From the NCBI RefSeq assembly GCF_018977255.1, contig NW_024704742.1:65908001-65972000 (forward strand): DNA of 64,000 nt, given 5' to 3'. Below the pieces are notes generated by a model. The model ran no database searches. It worked only from the letters and a program-made list of their open reading frames with translations, and was not told the origin of the DNA. Both the position numbers and the translations under genes were made by a program. Of this stretch, positions 1 to 64,000 are shown piece after piece. The stretch comes from Callorhinchus milii (Eukaryota). Within the stretch, counting starts at the first letter, position 1, and every line of letters begins with the position of its first letter.

Positions 1-624
1 ATCAAGTAATTGAGACGTCTCAAAGCGTTTCACAGAATATATTGTAGTAGATTTAACGCTGACATTTAAGCGCTCTGAGACGCTACCCTGCACGGAGGGT
101 GCTATATAAGTGCAAGTTGTTGTTGTTAACGCTATATCAAATGCAAGGATTATTATTATTTTATTACAACACTGGGCAACATGACCTCAAGTCCTGCTGT
201 ACCTTTGCACCAAGCAAGCCTATTGATTAAATCCAGTTGCTCCCGCTTACAAAGGGGAAAGTTTTACATCAGAATGCAAGCTGGTTCAGAACAAATCCCT
301 TATGGTGGCAGTGGACTGACAAACAGCATTTAGGATACATTCAATCCTCACTTGTCACAATAGGAGCTGGGGGAGATGGCGACTCATTGAAGCAAGGGCA
401 AGCTGCTCTGTTTCCAGACAGGATTGAAAGGATTCACTTGACAAGGCTTCAGGCAACCTCTGAACATTCTGTCGGTTCATGTAGGGCTTGAGCTGTAATT
501 GGAAGCCATACTTGCTGCTGTGTCAGCCTGGTATCACTCTCACCTCGGGGTCAGAAGGTTGTGCATTCAAACCTCATGTCAGGACGTGGACTTGCAATCT
601 AGGCTGACACTCCAGTACAGTGAC

Positions 625-1140
625 AATAATAGTAATCCTTGCATTTGATGTAGCGCCTTTCATGCTGGAAGGATGTTGCAAAGTGCTTTGCAGGGTTTAC
701 CATAAAGTGAATCTTGACTGTGTAATTTGTTTGCCTATAAAACACACAGTCACTGCACTTTAGGGTATATCTTGTGAAATACTTTTGGACGTCCTTCCGA
801 TGTTAAAGGCACTTTCCCGAAATACCAAATACAAGGATTATTATTTATTTTGCAATGAAAAACAGCAGGCAATTTGCTCACAGCAATGGTTCACAAACAG
901 CTATGAAGTGAAAGACCAATTTTATCTGAAGAATTGTCAGCCTAGGCGCCAGGGGCAACTCCCTTCTCTGTTCAAATAGCACCATGGGATCTTTAACATC
1001 CACCTGAACAGGGAGACAGGACCTCGGTTTCACGTCTCACACAAAGGACGGCACCTCTGACAATGTATCCCCCCCCCCCCCCCCTCCCTTCCTCCGCGCT
1101 GCACTGGAATGTCAGCCTAAAACCAGAAGCTCAAAGTCCC
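625..1140 (-). mobile_element. Older SINE with a Deu-domain-like core (similar at ~21700-22010, 49070-49232, 50320-50540, 57070-57465, 58380-58765, 63440-63915)
   Basis: Repeated motif gcaccatgggatctttaacatccacctgaacagg...cctcggtttNacgtctca...ggacggcacctc resembles the DeuSINE (SacSINE1/AmnSINE1) core as I recall it. Family name not verified by search. Confidence 0.7.
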
Positions 1141-1174
1141 ATCATAGGCAGAGCTGAGTGCCGTACATACTTTG

Positions 1175-1226
1175 TTAGACAAGAACAAGAGAAGGAACAC
1201 ATGTTTTAAAACAATATCTTTTTATT
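1175..1226 (-). terminator. Polyadenylation signal with downstream GU/U-rich element
   Basis: Minus strand AATAAA at 1226-1221, CA about 18 nt downstream, then gtgttccttctcttgttcttgtc. Confidence 0.65.
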
Positions 1227-4088
1227 GTTGTGGAATGGAATAGTTCCATGTTAATAACAAAGTGTCACAAAGGTTCTGATCAATGCTGGTTTCTTAACTC
1301 CAACAAGACCCATCTGTGAACTCTTTGCAGGCTTCTGTCATTTAAATAGAGGAAAGAGTTTTTTTTATATATGAATTAGAATTTTTGCTTTCTTTCAGTT
1401 GAGTTCTGCGATTATTCCCCAGACTGGAATGTGTCAGGTGACATGTCTCACTCTAAACCACAGAATATAAATCAGACGATCACCATTTATTATTGCAAAT
1501 AAAATGCTTTTAGAATTTCAAATCTCTCCACAAGAACATTCGGATATCATGTTAAAAGTTCGGTCAAAGCTACAATACATTTTGTTTTAAAAAACTCAAT
1601 AAATTAGATATATAATCTAAGTTCTTTTGCGTAAATCATGCACAAATTTCAATATTGGAAAAGGTTGGTTTTATTCATTAGATACCCTGGAATGTACACT
1701 TTCCACAGCGTAAGAAAATACTGACTTTATTTCTTTGCGATTTTACAAAAAATTACACAGCTCTACAGAACGCCTACTTCTATGACACAGAGAGAGAGTT
1801 AAACAGGGTCACTTTCAGCTTTCGAATGAACCTTTCGAAAGAGAAAAAGAGCTTTGCGGATCTAATGAGGGGTGGAAAACGGGATGAGTTACTGATTTTT
1901 AGCAGGATCCTGGAATTCACACTTCTATGTTAACTGTGGAATCCCACCCAAACTCCACGTCTCTTGAATTCAACCCCCAGCAAACCCTTAACTGTATAGT
2001 GCCTTGGGATGCTCTTCCGACGTGAAAGGCACTATATAATTGTCATTTATTGTTATTGTTGGAATCCTATTTAAAAATCATTTGTTTGCATACCCTCCAC
2101 AACGCAACTTGCCATTTCTACGTCTTTTTCGACGGCAAAGAAAAAAGTCTTAAAGAGAGAAAAATGAATCCCCCTTCAAACAAACAGGGTTTAACCTCTG
2201 CAAACATTGCACAAAACGGTAGGAGCCCACAGCAGTCTCACCATCGTGCTTTGGGAGGGGGTTTGGCTGCTTTTATAATCTACATAAAACATAGAACTCT
2301 CCTCTCCTTCCCCCCAACCCCAACCAAAAAACGGTCATAGAATCATTACACACTTCCTTGATGATGGGAGGAGACTGCAAGATTTTTTTTTGGGGGGGGA
2401 GGGTTGAAGGTACAACGAGGACATCTGTGATCATTACCTCGCAGTTTAACAGTGGGAAGGAGTGACGGATGTCCCCATAATAATAACTCTTGTACTTGAT
2501 ATAGCTCCTTATCACATTGTCGCAACATCTCAAAGCGCTTCACAGAATATACTGTAAAGTGGATTTGACTGTCTATTTTGTGGGCAAAACGTGGCAGACA
2601 ATTGCTCACAGTGATGTCCCACAAACAGTGGTGGGAGAGGGACCAAGTTTGTGCATATGTTTGCAGGGCTGACTTTTTCGCAGGTCCAATGGGGCGAAGG
2701 TTTGTCTGTGTGTGAGGGGGAGGACAGAGAGGAATTGGGGAGGAAACGAGAGGCTAGGTGGAAAGGGGGGAAGGAGGGAACGAGAGGAGGGAGAGAGGGC
2801 TGGGAAGGGATGAAGGGGAGATGGGAGAGAATGGGAGGGGGAACATGAGGCAGTTAGGGAACACACTCATGCACACTAACACTCTCTCTGTGCCCCCTTC
2901 GCCCCATACTTTCTTCTTGTGAAACGTAAACACAAGTCAGCCAAAAAGCAAAACCATGGCTTGTTATATTGCAGAGAAACCAAAGAGTTACGGAATCGAG
3001 ATCCTAAAGCAGCAAAAAAAATCATTGCAATCTGAAATCAAATAAAATTTCACGCACTCTGTCCCCACATGGCCTTTCAAAACTGGCCGCTAATCCTTGC
3101 TTCTCGGAAAAACCTGGCTCTGCGGCGCCTCTAGTCAATTTTACGGGTAATAAATTAAAATTAAAATTTATTAATAAACACAAAATAAATCCAGAACCTA
3201 GGTTACGTTACTAAAGGTGTGTACAGTGACCGGGTAAGTAAGCTGTATTCTTATAAATCTCTTAACCAAAAAAAAGATATGTTAAATGTCTATAAACAAC
3301 TTTACAAATATACAATATGCTAATCAGGTTGCAAATAATTATTTTTGTAATTAATTTAACCCCTTGTGGAATGAGTTTCTTTAAACGATTAATACTAAAT
3401 GCCCTAGACTGTGATGACTGTAGGAATCATGTCCTCTCCCCTTGTAGTTATAATGAGCAGTGAATCTTTTTCTCTTCTCCCCCCCATTCCCCAGTCCTTC
3501 TCTCGCCCCCTCCCCCTCCTCTCCTCAAACAGACAAACCTGTAAGTATACAACCTTTTTTAAAAAAACATTATCATACATATCCGTATTTATATATTTAC
3601 ACAATGTCCTGAAAATCTGCAGCTTCACGCAAATAAAAACTATTTAAACACTCTCTCTCTCTCTTTTATATACGTAAAGAAAAATAATGCTTTGTTTCAG
3701 TCTTCCTGTTGCTCTAATGCTTGCGTTCTGGTCTCAGGCACAGATTGGTGGCTTGTAGGAGTCACAATGCCTGAGGTCAATAAATCATCCCCTCCAGGTT
3801 TTTTGCAACAAGTTCGATTTCAGCTTCTAGCTATTCAAGAATTATTATTATTTTGTTTTTAAAAAAGTTTCGCTCCCCCCATCAACTAATCCTCCCATAA
3901 ATATATATGTTATATATATATAACATATATATAATATAGATACAGTACTTAAAAGATGTAAGGCTCAAATACATATGGGGAAAATAAAACAGGACATATT
4001 GACCAGTTTGCTTGTGTCCTATGTTTTCTCTGTTGCGATCTGTCCATGGTTCAATGTAATATTGTCAGCCTGGTTGATCAGCACAGTT
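1202..4088 (-). other. fgfr3: Probable FGFR3 3' UTR (~2.9 kb)
   Basis: AT-rich, relatively repeat-poor sequence from the stop codon to a well-formed poly(A) site; the end is inferred and other AATAAA hexamers exist. Confidence 0.6.
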
Positions 4089-56388
<52,300 letters not shown>

Positions 56389-58895
56389 TCCTTCAGAGCC
56401 CCCGCCTCTCCGACTGCTGCCGGCCCCTCCAGCCTCAGACATCATCCGCTCCCACACGTCACATGCATGGGGGCTCACGTCTGTTCCTGGCCCCCACCTC
56501 CCCTTCCCGCTGAGTGCCCTGCAGAGAGAAGAACAGGGTAAGAAGATGAGACATTGGGACATAATGATAATAATAGTAATCCTTGCATTTGATATAGCGC
56601 TTTTCACGTTTTCTAGACGTCTCAAAGCCATTCACAGAATAGACTGTAAAATGCTGTGTAAATGCTCCAAGATGCTACCACGTGGTGAAGCCTGCTACAT
56701 AAATACAAGTTGTTGTCACTGTATTTTTGAGCAAACACAGCAGCCAATGTGTCCAGTAAGGTCCCACAAACTAGACTATGATAGACAAGCTGACATTATT
56801 AAAATAAATACTATTTACATGTGATAATACCACCTACAGTGCCAAAAAGTCTCTCAGCGCTTCACAGCTTAATTGTAGTGTGAAGTGTAGTGTAGTGACT
56901 GTGCATTTTGGAGCACAGGAAGGTTCCTCAAACAGTTGTGAATTACAAATTAGGCATCCAGTTAAGAAATTCTGGGTCTCGAATTCTGTTATCTGATTTT
57001 TTTGGTTAGATTTCGTAATGGTTTCCATGAAAGGTCAGAGATGCATATTTTTCATGCTGCAAAGTTAATAATAGTAATCCCTGTATTTCTTATCATGTTA
57101 TTGTGCCTTATCATGTCAAAATGTCTTCAAGCACTTCACGTATTGTGTATGTGTAGGCAGACACTGCGGCCAATTTGCACACAGCAATTTTCTTTGCAAA
57201 TGCCATGAAGAAAAAGACCATCTTTATTAGTTTGGGGGATTGTCGGCCAGGACACTGGGAGAAGCTCCCACTCTTTTTAAATAACTTCCACCTAAACAGG
57301 CAGACACAGACCTTGGTTTAACATCTCACCTGAAGGACAACAACACAGCACTGCCCCACACTATAGTGGAATGTTAGCCTATACTATGAGCTTCTGATGT
57401 GGGGCTTGATCCTACAACCCTCTGACTTAGAGGTGGAAGTGCTACCAATTGAGGCAGGCTGACAAGTTCCCTCAGGTTGTGTAAGGAACAGGGTAGCACT
57501 AGAGCTTAACACTCACTCCTGTCACCAATGGGACCAGGTGTTGAGGCCAGCCCGAGTTGATAGGTTGTTCCTTCTCCTCCCTCTTGGTTTTGAGGGCAAC
57601 ATCAACCCAGTTAACAATAATATTAATTATTATCATTATTAACCCAGTTCCCATTTAGGTGCAGGTCCACAGCGCCAAATAGTCCATGATTCAGTATAAA
57701 ATTATTCAACACGATTCAACATGAAATTAGCCATTATTCGGCACAAAATTGTCAAGTCCTGTAGCGAGATGGTTAGAGAATTCGCCTCACAAGCGAGAGG
57801 ACCCGGTTTTGATTCCTGGCCAGGGCGAACCTTAAGCAAGTTTCCTCACTCCACACACGTCTGTTTACCTAGCAGTCAGTAGGAACCTGGATGTTAGTCG
57901 ATTGGTGGATCCCAAAAAAATGTGGTCACTCAATCCACGGACTGTGGGCCACTGCTGTGTACAATTGGCTGCCGTGTTACGCCCACAAAATACATAGTTA
58001 GCACACTTTGCTGTGAAGCACTTTGAGACATCATGAAGATGTGATAAGGTGCGATATCAAATGCAAGGATTATTATTATTATTCAGCATAAAATTATTCA
58101 ACACATTTCAACATGAAATTAACCATTATTCAAATGAGCCCAAATTGTCAAGCCTCACCCAGAGTTTTAGCTGATCCCAGCAGCAGCAGAAAATGAGGCA
58201 CTTCAATTTGGCTTTAGCGTCTCTCAAACTCAGGAGGACAGAAAATGCAGCCAAGGTTCCCAATCTGGAACACTATCTAACAGTGCTCCTGCTGGAGAAA
58301 TGAGTCTGTGTGTTTTTTTAGTCAGCTGGGTGTCTGACATGTGGAAATCCATCATCATGCTTAAGAGGTTCCAAACCAGATTTTTATTTGAAGGATTGTT
58401 GGCCAGGATACCGGGAGAACTCTCTTCTCATTTCGAGCAGACCTGTGGGATCTTTAACATCCAACTGAACAGGGAGATGGGAATTCTGTTTAATGTGTCA
58501 CCTGAAGCACGAGAAAAGGCAAAGCGCTTTAAGTGAATGACAAATTCTATCTGGAATTGTTGGTCTGGACACTGGGATAAATTCCCTTTTCTTTTCAAAT
58601 GCTGAAACAACTTACAATGCAGTATGTTCTCTCTCTCGCTCACACACACACACACACACAGCATTGGGGTGTCAGCCTGGACTATGTGAGTTCAATGTCC
58701 TGACAGGGGGCTTGAACCCATACCTTCTCTCTCAACGAGGCGAGAGTGCTACCCACTGAATCGGATTGAAACACAAAGTGACAACTGTTGTTGTGTTGCT
58801 GTTATGACTGTGTGTTTTAGGGTTTAAGGCAAATTGCCGGGGAAGAGTGGAGAAAGCTTTCCTCCACACCAAACTATGTTGTAGATAGATGACTC

Positions 58896-59562
58896 GCCAC
58901 AGTGTGAGGGGAATGTGAGTGTGTGTGTGAGCCACAGTGTGAGGGGAATGTGAGTGTGTGTGTGAGCCACAGAGGGGGAATGTGAGTGTGTGTGTGAGCC
59001 ACAGTGTGAGGGGGAATGTGAGTGTGTGTGTGAGCCACAGTGTGAGGGGGAATGTGAGTGTGTGTGTGAGCCACAGTGTGAGGGGGAATGTGAGTGTGTG
59101 TGTGAGCCACAGTGTGAGGGGGAATGTGAGTGTGTGTGTGAGCCACAGTGTGAGGGGGAATGTGAGTGTGTGTGTGAGCCACAGTGTGAGGGGGAATGTG
59201 AGTGTGTGTGTGAGCCACAGTGTGAGGGGGAATGTGAGTGTGTGTGTGAGCCACAGAGGGGGAATGTGAGTGTGTGTGTGAGCCACAGTGTGAGGGGGAA
59301 TGTGAGTGTGTGTGTGAGCCACAGTGTGAGGGGGAATGTGAGTGTGTGTGTGAGCCACAGTGTGAGGGGAATGTGAGTGTGTGTGTGAGCCACAGTGTGA
59401 GGGGGAATGTGAGTGTGTGTGTGAGCCACAGAGGGGGAATGTGAGTGTGTGTGTGAGCCACAGTGTGAGGGGGAATGTGAGTGTGTGTGTGAGCCACAGT
59501 GTGAGGGGGAATGTGAGTGTGTGTGTGAGCCACAGTGTGAGGGGGAATGTGAGTGTGTGTGT
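58896..59562 (+). repeat. 36-bp minisatellite, ~19 copies, with 35- and 32-bp variants
   Basis: Unit gccacagtgtgagggggaatgtgagtgtgtgtgtga, head-to-tail with no spacers. Confidence 0.97.
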
Positions 59563-62500
59563 GCGCACACAGCTGCAGTAATCAACTTAGATCTGTACAG
59601 CCTATAAACTGCTACGAATGAGTATCCCAAATCGGCATAATCCTTCAGCCTGGCTCAGTTGGTAGCACGCTCAGTTCGTTGGTTCAAGCCCAAGGTCAGG
59701 ACTTTGACCTCACAAGGGTGACACGCAGTGCAGTGCTGGGGGTGTAGGGGGTGCGAGCTCTGCATTGTCGGAGGTGAAGTCCTTTGGAATTTTACACTCT
59801 CGAGAAGGGGAGTGTCCCAGCCAACACTCCTCCAGGTACAAAGTGGTGGTCGACTTCTGTGGGTTCTTGCTGTGAGCAGGATGCTTGCTACATTTGCCTG
59901 TACATTTGTCTGTGAACACTTGTTATTATTTACTGTCGGGCGTTTTAAGATGTTTTGCGGTGGTGAGCCGCTGTAAAATAATCCTCAACTCTTAGCAACC
60001 AGACTAGTACAGCCGGTTTGTTTGGAAAGTTTGCATCTGTGTCACTTGCACATCTGGCCTTCAACCTTGCCCTTGGGTTGTTTAGGCGGTGCTGTTCCAG
60101 CCAGATGTTTCAACCTTAGAAGGCATGGAGTCCACTTCTCAGTCTAAACATCCAACAGGGCAGAGCTCACACCCCCTCCCCCACCCTGAGCGCTGCACTG
60201 GATTGTCATCTTAGGGCTAGAGCTCAAAGTACTGACCTGTGGCTTGAACCCACAACCTTCTGGCTCAAAGGTGAGGTGCTGCTGACTGAGCTAAGGGAGT
60301 CGATTGAATTCTCACAGCGTAATGTCTCAGCGCTCCGAGATGTGTGAAGGATGCTGCATACATGCAAGTTGTTGTTGAGGATGGTGTGGGAGAGCGAGGG
60401 GCAGTCAAGACTGCTGATATGTCTGTGTTAAAGTCTAGGCACTGGGCTCCAGGTGAAGAGGGAGCCTCGCTATCTGAAGCAGTGAGCAGCCAAGAGCTGA
60501 GAAAATGGGAGTAGGGATTCTTCCCACTCAGCTCCCATTAACTTTGCAAACCAAAGCAACTTATCGGTTAGGGTAGTCCTAGCTGGACAAGCAGCAGGAA
60601 AGCTTGCCGCACAGTGCTCTGAATGGCAACCAATGTGGTTTTAGCAGATTAAACTCCAGCGGTTACCCCAGCGCACACTCCCGGATCCCCAAGTCTTAGC
60701 ACTTGCCAAGTGTGCCTAGCACTCTCTGGAATTAAGTAAGCAAAATACATGCCTCTAGGGAGAGACACAGTGAAATAACCATGTGTAGGTGATGTACAAA
60801 GGTGTGACTCTCTGTCTTCTTTGGATACTCTTAAGCACGATGATGGGTTTCAGAGTGTGTTAGCCACCTGCCTGACCTGGATGTGCACCAGGCTGAGGGG
60901 TGGGGTGGGGGGTGGGGGGTACATGGTTGGAAGTAATAATCACGTATGTCTGAAGTGTCACATGTGAAAGATGGGCTCCAGTTGAAGAGGGATCCAATCT
61001 GTAGCAGAGAGCTACTACAAGCTGTGCCTCTGGTTAATGATCTTGTTGGCTGGAGGCTGGTGTTGGGATGTCTTTTATACAGACACACACATACATGCAC
61101 ATACACACACATAGACACAGAGGAGGGGCAGTGTTAGTAAAGCTGCTTGTTGCAGAAGGCCGATCACACAAAGTCTTTTGTTTACTGATAACATTCCCTT
61201 TGATCTGAAGGACACAAAGCAGGTCCGGCCAGTAAGATTAGAAGGTAAATCTTGGCAAAATGAGAGGCAGAATTACTGAGCAAAGTGAGTCACGGACAAT
61301 ATTCTGAAGAACTCAGGGCAGAAATCTTTCTAAAATATAGCATCCTTGGCTTGGGATGGCATCCCTGGGCTAGAGAGGGAAATAAAAATGAGCCAGGGTT
61401 CCTGCTCCAGCTGATACCTTGCTGTCTACCTACCTCTGTTAAGCGTTTTGAGACATTATCTCACAAGCAAGGCACTATGTAAGTGTTGAGTCATTTCACT
61501 ACACTTGTTTGTCGTCACCTCTGTTCATATCCTCTTGAATGAAAGGCGCTAAACAAAATGTAAGGATTATTATTATGACCAGTTAAAGAGGGAAGTCTTA
61601 AAATGGGCTTTAAAAGTGGGAGAAAGTGGGCAAGGTGGAGGGACTCCAGAACACAGAGAAATGACAGAAGCTCCTGTACTGCTTCAATGAAGCATCTGGG
61701 GACTCTACAGTTTTTAAAAGAAACATAGCGGTCCTTAGAGAGGTAAACAAGATTTTAAATGAGATTGAGAAAGTAAACCTGGAGCAATGCTTTTGCATGA
61801 AGCAACACAGCAGATCAAGAGGATATAGCTTTAGAGTTGTAAAGGGCAATTTCAGGACAAATACCAGGATTTTTTTTTTATCTTTACTCAGAGGATAATT
61901 ATAATAGTATTAGTAAAAATAATAATCCTTGCATTTGATATAGCACCTTATCATGTCTTTGAGACGTCTCAAAGCTGTTCACAGAGTATACTGTAAAGTG
62001 AATTGACTCTATATTTTTGAGCTGAACGTGACGGCCAATTGCGCACAGCAGTGTCCCACAAACAGTCGTGGATTGAGTGACCAAATTATTATTTTTTTTT
62101 TATAATCAATGAATGGCATAGGGTTTCCCGGAATGTGTTTGAGGCCAGGACACTGGACTGATTTAAAAAGCAGCTTGATGCTGTGACGGTGGGTATTCCG
62201 CAAGGAGGAAATGAAATGGACCTTCTTCATCCAAACCAACCTAGTGAGTGATCTTCTGAACCGTTGAGGCACCACCACATGTGGAAAAGATGCTGCCATT
62301 TTAGACAGCGATTTAAATCACTATGGTAACAGCTTAGTCCGTTTTAAGCTGTCACTGGGGCAGTGTAATGTCCCAAGCGCCTCAGAGAAAGCTAATGCCC
62401 CTTTAATTAAGAAATACTTCCGATTTTCTGAGCTGCCCCCGGAGATGCCAAATGAATGGGATCAGCTACCAGTTTAGCAAGTCACAGGCTGATTGCTTGT

Positions 62501-64000
62501 TAAAGGGTTGAATTGCAGGCGGGCGGCTAACCTAACATCGTGATGATCGGAAGGTGCAATGCTTCACTTGTGCAATGGAACTTGATCTGGTTTAAGAGCA
62601 GGCTGCACTTCCTCTCCTCTTTACAGTAACAGTAAGCTGTAATTATTTCTTTAAACTATTCCTGCTGGAGAACTAAAACAAAGTGATTTGTCACAGGAAT
62701 GAGTAATGGTCTCCTTCCACCCGCCTCATCTTTCCCATTCACAACGCGTTCAAAAAGATCATTCACTTCACGTCTGGTTGTGGGACAGTGCTGTGCGCAA
62801 ATTAGCTACTGCGTTCACCTATAAATACACAGTCACTACACTTCACAGTAAATCCTGTGAAGCGCTTTGAGATGTCGGGAAGATGTGCTGAATGTGGCAG
62901 CCATTTTGTGTATAGTAGTGACCCCCAAATAACCATGAAGTGAATGACCAACAACAACTTGCATTTATATAGCACTCCCACCCACCCACCCCCCTCTCAC
63001 AGGTAGTGTCTTGGAGCGCTTAATTCTTCCTGGAGTACTGCTGTCCAGGACCTGGGAGAAACTTCTCTTTTTGAATAATGCCTTCAAATCTGAAAAAAAA
63101 CGTAGTCACTCAATCCACAACTGTTTGCAGTACTCCATAGCTTTAATATGCATGGATTAAATATGTATAGAAACCTTGCCTATGTTACCAACCAGTTTAG
63201 TACTTGTGTACTTGTTACGTGTAAGTCATATAAAATTCGACTTATACACAACTTTGCATAAGTCATATATGATATTGTTTTTTTTCTCTTTTTTTCCAAC
63301 AAAAAACACTCAAATGATCTTTTCATTTGATACAGAGCCTTTCCTATCGGGAGAACATCTCACAGGGCTCCACAGGATTTACTGTGAAGTGTATTGACTG
63401 TGTTTTGATGGGAAAACGACTGCTTTGTTTGTTTTATAATAATAATCTTTGCAGTTGATATAATGCCTATCATATCATTGAAACATCACAAAGGGCTTCA
63501 CAGATTTCACTATAAAGTGTAGTGACTGCGTATTTTGCGGGCGTACGTGGCAGTTAATTTGTGCACAACAATGTCTCACAAACAGCCTTTAAGTGAATGA
63601 TTGATTTTATTTGGGGGATTATTGCCCGGGACACCCGGCGAAACTCACTTCTCTTTTCAACTAGTAAGATCTTTAACATCTGTCTGAACAGGTAGACTTG
63701 GTTTAACGTCTAATCCAGAGGACGGCACCTCCAACAACAACTCCCCCAGCTCTGCATTGGAGCGTGAACAACAAGTTGCATATTTATAGCACCCTCAGGC
63801 AGGGTAGCGTCTTGGAGTGCTGGAATGTCAGCCTGGACGATTAGTTCAAAGTCGTGACGTAGGGCTTGAACTCACAACCTTCTGTGGCGAGGGTGCTACC
63901 AACCGAGCCAGGCAGACACATTTATTCAACATAAAAACAGAGTTATCAATCATCCACTTACAGCACAATCTGACTTCTAATAACACTATTCAGTTACCTG

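Noticed and set aside
3043..3070. ~20-bp similarity between the 3' UTR and 47881-47905 (aaattcacgcactc)
   Set aside because: Too short and not extendable; could be chance or an old repeat remnant.
3142..3148. miR-99/100 seed match TACGGGT, a known type of site in mammalian FGFR3 3' UTRs
   Set aside because: It is on the + strand, antisense to the mRNA. The nearest sense-strand candidate I saw (TACGGAT, 3587-3581) has a seed mismatch.
58732..59630. Long repetitive ORFs and a CRISPR-like 36-bp periodicity
   Set aside because: Units are contiguous with no unique spacers and no cas genes; the ORFs are open only because the minisatellite lacks stops.
56519..64000. FGFR3 exon 1 and main promoter
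   Set aside because: No CpG island or convincing first exon was seen; probably outside the window.

Overview
This is vertebrate genomic DNA. The window holds the complete coding region of one FGFR3 gene on the minus strand, from the signal-peptide exon (ATG at 56388) to the stop codon (4091-4089), plus a ~2.9 kb 3' UTR ending near a poly(A) signal at 1221-1226. All 18 coding exons have GT-AG boundaries and matching phases, including the mutually exclusive IgIIIb and IgIIIc exons. The default splice gives 805 aa (IIIc) or 807 aa (IIIb). Exon numbers follow the 19-exon human scheme, recalled from memory. The non-coding exon 1 and promoter were not found and probably lie beyond position 64000. 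Introns are dense with tRNA-derived SINEs, Deu-domain-like SINEs, L2 and CR1 LINE fragments, TA-flanked and hAT-like MITEs, one solo LTR and two minisatellites. This repeat content suggests a cartilaginous fish, possibly a chimaera (inference). The most notable observations are: the non-canonical GA 5' splice site for the VT insert; an FGFR2-like set of splicing-control motifs around IIIb/IIIc; an antisense solo LTR with a G-quadruplex-capable minisatellite; a candidate antisense promoter and spliced small ORF in intron 4; a spacer-less inverted SINE pair; and a SINE flanked by a ~70-bp duplication. No CRISPR array, rRNA or true tRNA gene is supported, and no clearly new biological system can be claimed from sequence alone.
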